A DNA stretch of 63,590 nt, filler included, from Intoshia linei (taxonomy: Eukaryota; Animalia; Orthonectida), in the NCBI GenBank assembly GCA_001642005.1. It is 7 parts of 7 records of this genome, joined end to end, with 100 filler letters (N's around TTAATTAATTAA, not from the genome) between each part and the next. Parts side by side here need not be neighbours in the genome. Positions count along the whole stretch, not along the records: positions 1 to 23,011 come from LWCA01000575.1; positions 23,112 to 35,365 come from LWCA01001146.1; 5 more parts are not named here. The stretch is one strand, 5' to 3'. Made by a program: the position numbers and the translations under genes. Of this stretch, positions 16,576 through 27,913 are shown piece after piece (position 1 is the stretch's first letter; each line of letters opens with the position of its first letter). The notes below the pieces were generated by a model, which had not been told where the DNA came from, ran no database searches, and was given only the letters and a program-made list of their open reading frames with translations.

Positions 16576-17870
16576 TTAATTACTCTTTTTAACAATACTA
16601 TCCACAATTTCAAACAAATGATCCAGATTTGTCATATCAGAGGTTTTATCTAAAATGAATGTATTTTTATTCATGAAATTGATAGACATGAGTTCAACCT
16701 TTTTTTTTATGAAAATGGAAATAAACCAAAGGACTGTAAATATAGAATCTATGAACAGTAGGCTAAAAATTGAAAAAAAAATTTTAGGGAATTTTGACGA
16801 CCATAGGTTTACTGAATCACATTGGCAGAAACATTACCCATATCTGATTTGATTTGAAATGAGGATGAATATTTTGATAATTCTGAATAATCGATATCAG
16901 TCGAAAAGTCTTTAATATTTTCAGAGTTTGGCTTGGGTATCTAAAGATCAATGTATAATTTTTAATTTAAAATTTGTACGTTTAAAAAATTTTTTTGACA
17001 AGTATTTTGGCGAATGGTTTGATAGTTTTTAACGTTATACATATTAAAAGTATTATTAGAATTTGAAATTTGGATATTTTTGTTTTCTATGAAACGACAG
17101 CTATTTTTGTAGTCATTTTCATAAATATCGACTTTGACAGGTTTGAAAGACGAGGACTTAAATATTTGATTCTGAGAAAAATTATTTTTTAATAGTAGCA
17201 TATTTGGTTTATTTGGATTTACTCTTGAAGTAAAACACATTGAAAGTAATTGCTGTCGTTTGTATCCATTATGGGATAGCATTGTTTCCAAATAGTCAAT
17301 GTAATCTATTGCTCCTTTTAAAATGTCTACTTTAGGCAATCTCTGATTGTTATTCACACATGTCTTTTTTTTGAGCAATTCAAAGGCATCGTTTACTTTA
17401 TGCAACCTTCTTCGTTCACGCAATGTCGCTGCTTTGCGTCTATCGATAGCAATAGTTTTAGTTTTACACGCTTTGCAAGCCCACAAAAGACATCTTTTAT
17501 GGGGTCCAATTATATGTTTTTGTTTGTTTGAATTTTTTTCCATACAGTCCACTGAATATTTATAAAAAGTATTCATTTGTTCGTAATCATTCCCCACCTT
17601 TTCGTTTTGAAATTGAGTTGATAAGGTGTATTCTTTATCTTTTATAGTCGTATCTTCTTTGCAACTGACCACAGATTCTGTTTTTCTATTATATTCTGTG
17701 CTCGTGTAATCACTAAAACTTTCACTGTTACCATTAATATAACGTAATTCCTGTTTGTAACAGACATCGTACAATAATTTACTGGAATCTGTTTGCAAAT
17801 GACAGTTGTCTAAATTAAAGTTTTTATCATTTGTTAATGTTTCATTTGATTCATATCGACAACTTTGCAT
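16576..17870 (-). CDS. MyoD: Myogenic bHLH factor (MyoD/nautilus family), 3 exons
   Basis: Exon 1 17870-16980: [24 protein letters not shown] with the myogenic Ala-Thr code, QRLPKVDIL. Intron 16979-16941 (39 bp). Exon 2 16940-16838. Phase-1 intron 16837-16650. Exon 3 16649-16576 encodes [23 protein letters not shown], matching helix III. Confidence 0.93.
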
Positions 17871-18692
17871 TTTTATTAAAATGTGTAAAGGTTTATGATA
17901 AATTTAGTAAACAATGGAATTTAAGTTGAATATTAATTGAATTAAATGTTATAAACCAACATTTGAAAAGTTTGTTTTAGTCTAAGGAAAACGATGTAAA
18001 AGTTTGCCACACCCATAATATGTATTAACTGATCAATAACATTATATACTTATAACTAATACCACTATCAATTATCAGCTATACGTAAGAGCCAGTTTAT
18101 TTACAGTAGGCCACTACTAATATACTCTAAAATCATTAATCAACACGCCTGATCATGTCAACAACAAACATTTATATATATCATTTTTTGACAGACCGAA
18201 TTACTTGATATTATATTCGTAATGGGCGTATCAATATCAATAAGATTATTATTCATTTAACGTCGGCTTACTTTTATTTTTAATTGTACTACATCTTTTC
18301 TGAATCATTTTTTATATTCTTCAATCAATGTTATCCTTCCTAATCATTTTATAAAATTAATTTTTTACAATTTGTAATTTTATACATTTAGTTCATTTTA
18401 ATAATTTTTGTAGTCATTTTTGCTCATCAGTACTTTGTCGAAACTATGTTATATACAATATAGTAAAATCGTATATTTATGAAATTGTTTTTGTACTCTG
18501 GTATCTACCAAACATATTAACTGTTTAATATTAAAATATATTCAATTAATTTCCAAAAACAATCGTATTATTGACCAGGGCCATAGAGAGTTAACAGTGA
18601 GTCCGCGTCAAATGAAAATTGGAGGTTATATACAATCGAATAGAAGATGAGAGAATTGTATAAATTAATTGTAATAATTTACATAAAAAAAT

Positions 18693-20074
18693 TTATTTTA
18701 ATTTGTTACATAATTTTGTAAATCTTTTTTTTTGATTTATTCAATAATCCGTTTTTCATTTCCGATAGATGTAATAGATAAAAGACAAATAAGGCTAAAG
18801 CAGAAATAATAATAAAAAAATATTCAGACATTGTGTAACCATGTTTTGGAGATGTATCCTACTAAAATAAAAATTGTGGATAACCCCAAATTTTGAATAG
18901 ATTGAGTTAAACCTAATGCTGTTCCTATATGTTCACGTTTTACTATAAGTGCCACCATGGGCCATGACGTGCACCACACAGCACCAACTGAATGCTATCA
19001 ACACAGATTGAAACATTGGAGGTATGAACGTAAAACAAAAGAGTATGTGAGTTATGAGTATCATTACCAATCCAGATTGCATCCAATAGATACTGCAACT
19101 AAAAACATCCACTAAAAATCCTATTATTGGAGATACAACGCTCGCTATTATAAATACAGTTCCAGTTACTACTCCAGCTTTAATATCAGTGTAATCGTAT
19201 TTATGTTGAAAGTAATAACTAGATTAAAAAATGAAAAGAATAACTGCTACATAGAAAAAGACAATAACCAGTGAAACTAAATAATAAGATAATGTGAAAT
19301 GTTTAACAACAGTAATATTCACTTTACATTTTTTATCTTCTGTTATCTCTTTTTTATTTACTTTATCGTGCATGATATGTGTAGCAAGCAAAATAGCAAA
19401 ACTACACAAAAAGTAAACCCTAATTTGATGATATTAGATAGAGTATATTTTATCGATTTATAAATAGAGGGTAATATCATTAAACTGATGGAAGTTCCTA
19501 ATAGAGCCACACTGAGCAATAACCCAAAAACTGTATTGACTTATCCATATTGACTAAACCTTTTAATTATATAGGCATTTGCGGTTATTTGTATAGATTC
19601 TCCGCCTAATCCAAATATTAGTCGGCTCATATACATTAACCCAAATTGGTTGCTGAAAACACCAATAATTTCAATAGTATATCCTACGAAAACTGTTATC
19701 GCAAATGTTATCGCTCCATTTTTCAATCCTAATACGCCGTTTATAACAAACCCTCCAATAAATGCAAATACAATATTTGGCAAAGAATAAAATGACATCA
19801 GAATCATTATTTTTGATGCATCTACACCTGGCAAATAATTTGCCATTTCTTTAGCCATAGAACTTGGAGCATCAAAACAACAAAATATACCGACTGGGAG
19901 AAATATTATCAATATTCCTACTATGTATCTGAACCAACGGCTTTTAATGAATTTATGTTCAGTAGTGCCATTAAATTAGTTAACATTGGGTATTAAGAAA
20001 GTTTCTGAATCATTCGATAATAAACTAGTACTACAACATTCATTTTCTGAATTATTCAATTCTTCTACAATCAT
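18693..20074 (-). pseudogene. MFSD1: MFSD1-like transporter pseudogene, intronless
   Basis: MFSD1-like motifs FCCFDAP, YSLPNIV, RLIFGLGGES, LGTALGLTQSIQNLGL. In-frame TAA at 19976-19978, 19541-19543 and 19224-19226; frameshifts near 19410, 18975 and 18845. Confidence 0.85.
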
Positions 20075-20314
20075 TTGTAATCAAATGATGTTTCAATTTT
20101 TGAGTAAATAGTGTACAATGTAAATTTATATACTGTAATGCAATGTAACTAAATCAATTATTATAGTGCAGTTGTCAAATTAATACATCGTACAATAGGG
20201 GTATTCCACATTTACAATCATTTGTAATAAAATTATGTTTTAATTCTTGAGTAAATAGTGTATATTTATACACACCGTCCACTAATTTTAAAGACAACAT
20301 GATATTGTAATATA

Positions 20315-20828
20315 CAGAGCCGTCTTAAGCCACTGCGTGGCCCTGGGCTAAGCAAAGGGTGGAGAGCCCTTAAAGTTTTGATCGAAGCAAAAAAGTATTT
20401 CGATCGAAGCAATAAAAAAATTTAGGGCCCCTTTTTAGAATCCTTTTTTTTGAAAATTAATTAGAGAAAATTAAAGATTTCTACTTTCTTTTTTAAATAT
20501 TCACTTAATAGAAAGGTTTTAATGTTTAATATTATCATTTGAAACAGTTTTTATGTCAATATTATATGATAAACATTGTAGAATATATTTTAAATTGAAT
20601 ATATACCAGAACTTTAATTCTTTAAACTATTTTCTTTCTAGCTATTTGAATTGTCACACTTCAAAACTTATAAACTGTTTCTTAAGATATAAATGTGAAG
20701 TATTTTTTAATGAATTGGGGGCCTCTTTTTAAGATATAAGTGTAAAATACTTTTATTAATTTGGGGGCCTTTTTTAATGAGTGGCCCTGGGCTACAACCC
20801 ATATTGATTATGCCTTAAAACGGCTCTT
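20315..20828. mobile_element. hAT-type MITE, inside a probable Tc1/Tc3-like left end (20271-21070)
   Basis: CAGAGCCGTCTTAAG...CTTAAAACGGCTCT termini with GTGGCCCTGGGC at both ends; downstream, 21020 reads MPKCLKLSENEKN*IL, like a Tc3-type transposase start. Confidence 0.65.
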
Positions 20829-21638
20829 GTGACATAGCTTTGTTATTCGTCAATATATTTTTTTGAAAAAACCAAAAATTAAAAAAGTTATTAATAAAAT
20901 TTTTAAAATCACATTAAATAACGTGTCCACTATTATAACAACACTAATCATAATTAAACTATAATTACATAGTAAGTATACGATTATTATGAATTTTATA
21001 TTTTTTATTAAGATAAAATATGCCTAAATGTCTTAAATTGTCAGAAAACGAAAAAAATTAATCCTACATTAATACTACTACTATTACTGTATTGCTATTT
21101 ATTCCGATTCAGATAAATGACAAATGTGGTGTTAATTTATATGAGTAAATTAAGGATTAATTTTAATTGAAAATTATTAATTAAAACTTGCTGATACAAT
21201 AATGTATTAAAATTTAAAGAAAACTATTTTATTAGACCTAAAATTTAGGTTCAAACTCTGGATTCCAGAGTAAACTTTCTCAATGTCGAAGTAAATTTTG
21301 CGCGGCCGAGATACCAATGAGAAAAGTAGCATTGTGGCTGAATTGGTGGAAAGGTTGTGCACCCCTGGTTTAGGTAAAGAATATTTTGGAATATAAATCA
21401 CAATATAAACTATAGTTTATTTTATGTAAAATTAACAATAAATAATAACTATGTGTACAACACATTACAATAATCACCCATAAAAACACAAAAAAGGTCT
21501 TGCTCTTGAATACATATTTTATTTATTCATAGATACCTTGATAATAATAATAACCAACATTTTGAAGAGTAAACAATAAAGATTAAAAACATGAAATAAA
21601 TTTATATTGCTATTAATTTGAAGATTGAAAATTTTTAA

Positions 21639-22450
21639 ATGCATAAATTGAGATTGAGTATCTGTCACAATATATCAAGACTACCCATTTTATATGGCTC
21701 TTCTGCTAGATTTTATGTAACCTTTATGTAAAGTTTTATTAACACCATTATAGAGTAAATTGCGTTCAGATGCTCCAATATATACAAAGTACTTTTTTCA
21801 TGATTGACCCATTATCAAATTTAGCATTAAAACTGAAGAAAATGCAGAAATATACACACCACCATATTTGGTAATAAAATAAAGCTAAACATCTAAACAA
21901 CTTCCAATGTTCACAGAAGTACAAAGAAAAAATACCATATTACCAAGTCGTCACAGTTAGTGTAGCGTCAATGGATTTTGCTATTTTGGAAAATTATTTT
22001 AAATTTATGAAATCTTTAACGAATCGAATGGAATTGGATACTAAATCGTATGTTTAATTAATCCAAAGTTGCATTATTTTTAGGTACCCTTTACCAGGAA
22101 TATCTGAAAAAGTTACAAATCTTGGAAATATATCAGAATCATATGAATTGACCACATATAAACGAAATATCAAGGTTATATTTTGTATAGTTAATATTTT
22201 GTTTACCTTTTCAGATATTTAATATTTTAACTTACTCTATCACTCATCTAATTTCACTGTTGACAAAATTCCTTCCAGAAACCGTAAACATGAAAGTCTT
22301 TTATGTAATATACATTTACTAAGTCAAATGTTATTACTTTGTATTTAGAAAGATCTAGATGAAGCTGAAAGATACGTTCCCAATGTGCTGGTCAATGATT
22401 TACAGAAGAAGATTGATGGTATTAACACTCTTCAATCGAATAGAAGATGA
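21639..22450 (+). CDS. MRPL48: Mitochondrial ribosomal protein L48 (S10-like domain), 7 exons
   Basis: Exons 21639-21716, 21754-21788, 21825-21870, 21917-22047, 22084-22174, 22215-22304, 22349-22450 (introns 37, 36, 46, 36, 40, 44 bp) give an open protein with an Arg-rich, acid-free presequence and YTPPYL, DFAILENY, SYPLP, YELTTYKRNI, LPETV, ERYVP, as in insect and human L48. Confidence 0.85.
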
Positions 22451-22475
22451 GTTGTAATAATTTACATAAAAAAAT

Positions 22476-23011
22476 TTATTTTAATTTGTTACATAATTTT
22501 GTAAATCTTTTTTTTGATTTATTTAATAATCCGTTTTTCATGTCCGATAGATGTAATAGATAAGAGATAAGTAAAGCTAGAGTAGCAATAATAATAAAAA
22601 AATATTCAGACATTGTGTAACCATATGTTTTGGATATGTATCCTACTAAAATAGAAATTGTGGATAACCCCAGGTTTTGAATAGATTGAGTTAAACCTAA
22701 TGCTGTTCCTAAATGTTCACGGTTTACTGTAAGTGCTACCATGGGCCATAAGGTGCACCCCACAAAGCACAAACTGAATGCTATTAACACAGATTGAAAC
22801 ATTGGAGGTATGAATGTAAAACAAAAGAGTATGTGAGCTATGAGGATCATTGCCAATCCAGATTGCATCCAATAAATACTGCAACCAAAAAAATCCACTA
22901 AAAATCCTATTATTGGAGATGCAACGCTTGCTATTATAAATACAGTTCCAGTTACTACTCCAGCTTTAATATCAGTGTAATCGTATTTATGTTGAAAGTA
23001 ATAACTAGATT
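22476..23011 (-). CDS. MFSD1: MFSD1-like transporter, 3' part (open frame, cut by linker)
   Basis: Uninterrupted frame from SSYYFQHKYDY through LWPMVAL and QSIQNLGL to the stop; close paralog of 18693-19223. Confidence 0.82.
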
Positions 23012-23111
23012 NNNNNNNNNNNNNNNNNNNNNNNNNNNNNNNNNNNNNNNNNNNNTTAATTAATTAANNNNNNNNNNNNNNNNNNNNNNNNNNNNNNNNN
23101 NNNNNNNNNNN
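23012..23111. other. Artificial linker or gap (also 35366-35465, 48585-48684, 58537-58636, 60636-60735, 62138-62237)
   Basis: Identical N44-TTAATTAATTAA-N44 blocks placing stops in all six frames. Confidence 0.97.
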
Positions 23112-23269
23112 AATAAAATTAGCATTATCATCGAATTTTTAGTGCTATAAAATGTCGACTCTAGTCAAAAGTCAAAAATATGATTTTTTTAAATGCTTTA
23201 TTTTGAAAACTTAGCCACCCCAAGAAAAACTCAGTATGGTATGTTCGGTTCTGACTACACCTAGTAGTT

Positions 23270-24293
23270 TATAAATAACTATGTCTTGACTTAATGTAAT
23301 GAAAGTCATTAGAAATAATAAATAAATTCATACGCGAACCAATCATTTTGTATTCATTATCAGCTTTAGTTACCACCAGGAGCATTCTTTGATGAAAAAC
23401 AAATTCAACGCTCAGACTGCGAAGAAAAGTCTAATTAAACAATAAAATTAAATACATAGTAATTTTAAGTAAACTTTTTCAACGTCAAGATGACTGTAGA
23501 CTATTCCCAAATCACAAATATAAGGCTTTTCAATAAAGAAATGATCCACCAAATGATGTTTAAGTTGATCGGTTAGACCAATTTTCTTCAATTCTTTTCC
23601 AATTTTTCCATGCGACATTTCAATCTTTTGCAAAATAAAAATAGAATCATGGTTAATGAATGTAAGTATTAAACCAAGTTCAAATGAGTAACTATCATAA
23701 ATGGCTTTCATGTGTAGAACCAAGCACGATGAACGAATCTCATCAATTACGAATTCGACTGTCTAAAATAAATTTCAGATTATGAAATGTTAAAATGTGA
23801 ATTGCAATATTTATACATGTACTTTATGTTAACTGAAAAATTTAGACAATGTAATAATAAAAACATTAAAGAGTGCGCAGTGCGCACCTTAAAACTCACC
23901 TAGTCACATATTTAAAAATCTATATTGCGTTTATAATGTAATAATTTACTGAAACAACTCGTATTACCTTTGGTTTAGTTGTAAATGCTCCGTAGGCATA
24001 TCTAGTTGCAATTAAAGCGTTAACTGTACCACAATAAACAATGCATCCAATGTCATTATCTGCCACAAGTGTTCTATCTAACAAAATTATATTAAAATTT
24101 GACATAAAACTACTTTTTGATGTACAATTGGCATAAACATTATGTGGAAATTCATCTATATTGAAAATATATTATTGTTATCATTAATAGTTAATTTATT
24201 AATTTAATAAATTTTGACATTATTAAGAATACCTTGAGATCGGCAGATATTTAGTAAAAAAACTATAAAGCCAGGGAAATGTTTTGAATTCAT
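23270..24293 (-). CDS. Hypothetical multi-exon protein with a hydrophobic, signal-like N-terminus
   Basis: Phase-compatible GT-AG bounded segments: MNSKHFPGFIVFLLNICRSQ / DEFPHNVYANC...TKPK / TVEFVIDEIRSSC...DVEK / TFLRSLSVEF. No family recognised; 3' end approximate. Confidence 0.45.
23873..23903 (+). mobile_element. 3' terminus of a second Helitron-like family
   Basis: Hairpin GTGCGCA-G-TGCGCAC followed 12 bp later by CTAG|T. Confidence 0.55.
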
Positions 24294-25994
24294 GTCTAGT
24301 TGTAAAAAGTTGTAAACTATATAAATATTTACTCTAATTCGAAATACATGAATTACAAATACAGAGAGTAGAGATGTAGACAATTTAAAAACTTTATTTA
24401 GATACAAGGGTCCACAATTAACTTTAATTAAATTAGATATAACCACTGTCAGGTTCGGAATACGGGATTTCTCTTATAGTTTTACTGACAGCTCTTGTCA
24501 ATTCTGTTGCCAAAATCTAATACGCAAACTCCTAGTTAACATGAATTAAAGTTATGATTATTAAATAATAATATACAATCTTACGTTTAAACTTTGCCTT
24601 ATTAACCACTTAACCTGGCATATTATTCCTATTTGAGAAATTATATGTGATTGCACATTGAGTCGTTTTATTGGCTGTAATTGACATTTACTCTTTTCTA
24701 AGCCAAGTATTAAAGTCAAATTTAATTTGTTCACTTTACAAATCAATGACATTTGAAATTGCTGAATTTTAAGCTTTAAATTTTAGTGTTTTTTAACATT
24801 TCAAAAGTGAAATTTTTTGCTTTCAATTTTGAAAATCAGCATAGTCTCGTAAGGGTTAAATAAAGTGGAACACACAAATACAAACCAAAATCGCGTGGCA
24901 TATTATATAAGTGAGGATAATAATCCTTATTAAGGATAGATTCTATCTTATCTTAAACTGTATTTATTTTGATTATTAATATGTATGAAATTCTTTTTAG
25001 ATAATTTTAATTATATTGTTGGAATTTGTTATTATCTTATTGAAATGTACTGTAATCTATATGTATTTATGTACATTAGAGCAGTGGTTCCCAAATGGGG
25101 GGGATTGGTCCCACCATGGGAACTCTACAGAGTCTGAGGGGGCCACAGATTTAAGAAAAATTTTAAAATTAAATTAGAATCGTTAACATTAATTTGATTT
25201 AATAATTGATATTTAATTAATATATTGAAATTCAGATTAATTTAGGATTATAATAAATTTAAATGTTATTAACCCTTTGTAATAATTAAGCTCCAGTATC
25301 ATGGGACACCATTCACTTATATAATCTTGTGTAATATGTGAGGGGAGCGACAATATATTTTTTTGGGAATCAGTGCAATGTAGTTTGTTATATATACATT
25401 GTGTATATATATTAGGGCTGTTCGTTTTTTACAAAAATTGATTTTTGTTGAAAATACCCTATACCACGCTGAAGAGGGTACTTAAAAACTCCTAAAAAAA
25501 AATATTTTTAGAAAAATTTACCGTATAATGATAAGCGGTTTTATTTTTTAAGGTATTCGCGCGAGGTAAGCCGAGCTAAAAAATTGAACTGTGTTTATTC
25601 TAATCTATTAATTTTTATAAAAATTATAGGAAAATATGTAAAATGTGACGCTAATTCGTGACAAGTGAGTGTAGCTTTTTTTGTATTATTAGTGACTATC
25701 CAAATGTAGCCACACTTTATCGCATTTATATGTTGCTTCATTTTAGTTCGGCTAAAGCTGAAAGAATCTTAAGTCTCCTAAAACTGTAAGATCATATCTA
25801 CAGCTAACAATGCAACAAAAAAGAGTATAACACTAATAGTTGTTGACAATCAAAAAAGAACTAGCCGAAAATGTCAATTTTGATGCAGTTGTTAATAAAT
25901 TTTGTAAAATGAAAATTAGAAGAAAAAAATATAAATTATTATAAATAGAAATATATTAATAAACATAATATAAAAATTCTAATTTAAATTCATT

Positions 25995-26598
25995 TAGAGG
26001 TAAAAATTATGGGCACAACACAACACAATACTCAAGCTCAAAAAAGATTTACTCAATACTCAACACAATACTCAAGTTCAAAAATTCAATAAAGACTAAT
26101 AACTAGAAGACCTTCATAATCAAATTTATTCATTCAAATTTAAAAATAAAATATACTCTAAGAAGTCCCTTGTCATTTTTGTTCTCTTGCAACCATCTAT
26201 AGTTTTTAAAATATTGAAGGAACGTTCTATAGATACCTGGCAGGAGGAATTACCAATATAACCATAGAAATCTGAAATAACAGGCATTGATTCTTTAAAA
26301 ATATTCCACTGTTTTATTGGATTGATTGCATAATCAATTTCTATATCCAGAGAAATGTAATTATTCTATGTAATTCTGCTATCAAACTAGGATTTTTATC
26401 CTCGTCCATTGCAATTTTTCCAAAATCAGTTCATTTCCCCACAATACTCAAGCTCAAAAAATTTTTGCACAAAGCTCAACACAATACTCAAGCTCGAAAA
26501 ACATTTTGCACAATACTCAACACAAACTCACGATTGTGTACTTTTTTGCACAATCAGCATTTTCAACACAAAACTCATTGAGTTGTTTGCCACCTCTA
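25995..26598 (-). mobile_element. Internally deleted hAT element nested in an older hAT remnant
   Basis: TAGAGGT...ACCTCTA termini, perfect TSD AATTCATT, many CAATACTCAA subterminal repeats, hATC remnant CQVSIERSFNILK. A host hATC remnant (AKAER) lies at 25750-25830 and a GGGCCCTG terminus near 26652. Confidence 0.85.
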
Positions 26599-27913
26599 AA
26601 TTCATTATATGAGTTTTGCTCTTAATAATCATTTCGCCTCCTGCGGGCCCTGGTTAAAAATTTTATGAACCATCAAATTTGATCAAAACTTCAAGTCTGT
26701 ATCAAAATCATTTCGAAATTAATACATTGAAAAGTAGATCATTTTTCCAGTAAAAATTGTCTTGGAAAACTAAACAAGTAAATATACTGACTGTTGCTGA
26801 TCATATATAACAATCTGATGTCTTGAAAAAGAATGGACACTAAAAATTCAGATAATCCGGTATCGTTTTATATTAATTAGGATAATATTATCATTATAAT
26901 ACAATTATACTACTTGGTTTCGAATCATTAATTTACATTTAAGTGATCTATATGGACACTTTTATAATTTTAACAACATACAATGCATTTTAACTACCAT
27001 TGCAATCTATTTTACTCAATATATTAAGATTGTTATGGTATGATTTATAACATTCAATAAAACTTGATGTATATTTACTAAATCTTAAATAATTAATTCA
27101 GCGCTTATTTTGCCACCATTGCTTACCAAAAAAATTAAATTTTTTAACACTAAATTTAAAAATATTAGTACAGTATATTTATAAATTAGTTTGTAAATTA
27201 AACGAAAACTTTGTGAGATTGAAACTTTCATTATTGTTATCTGGAAAAATCTATTTTTTTAAAATTAAATAAAAATTCCACAATTATTCATTTTTTTCCA
27301 TTATTCAAAATACTAAGTAAATATGAGTTTTTAAAAATATGCCAGAATTTGTGTTTTAAATTGCTAAGACTTTTTTAATTAAAAAAAGAAAAAAAGATAA
27401 TTTGTGGTTGCCGTGAAGGGCCTACTGAGAATTTTTGTATTTGAAATTTCTGCGTCTCAACTTTCTTATATATTATATATTAAGTATATAGTTAGACAGT
27501 TTCTAATATACACACATAATTAGCAACCATATACTAGGAGTCCTCCACCTTTTTGACGCATGGGAAAATTTAAGAATTTTAATAGATTCGTGGACAGGAA
27601 ATGTATCATTTAATTATGCAAAATTGAATATAATGTGTGTTACCGCATAATAAATAAATTAAGCGTCATAGAATTTAAAACACCAATTTCTAATAGTTTT
27701 ATAGCAAATTTCTTTCTCAGAAACTGAGACTGAGACCTTCAGAGTCAAAAACATAAATTCTGGGCAATTGTAAATAATTTTTAATTCACATTACAATAAA
27801 TTTGATAGTAAATATGAAAAAATTTTTCATATTAACAGTTTGAAGTTATAAATTACTATTTTCGCACTGATTACATTCAATGTGAATAAATACATTTACG
27901 TTAATACGTTTAG

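Noticed and set aside
16655-17565. Plus-strand ORFs 16655-16852 and 17347-17565
   Set aside because: Antisense shadows of the MyoD intron and exons with no protein-like motifs.
21207-21515. Small minus-strand gene head-to-head with mRpL48
   Set aside because: The 21207-21401 ORF runs through a CAGGGGTGCACAACC hAT terminus, and the spliced alternative is only ~25 aa with no recognisable homology.
23012-23111. TTAATTAATTAA palindrome within N runs, six times
   Set aside because: Synthetic six-frame-stop linker; ORFs ending in X...LIN are artefacts.
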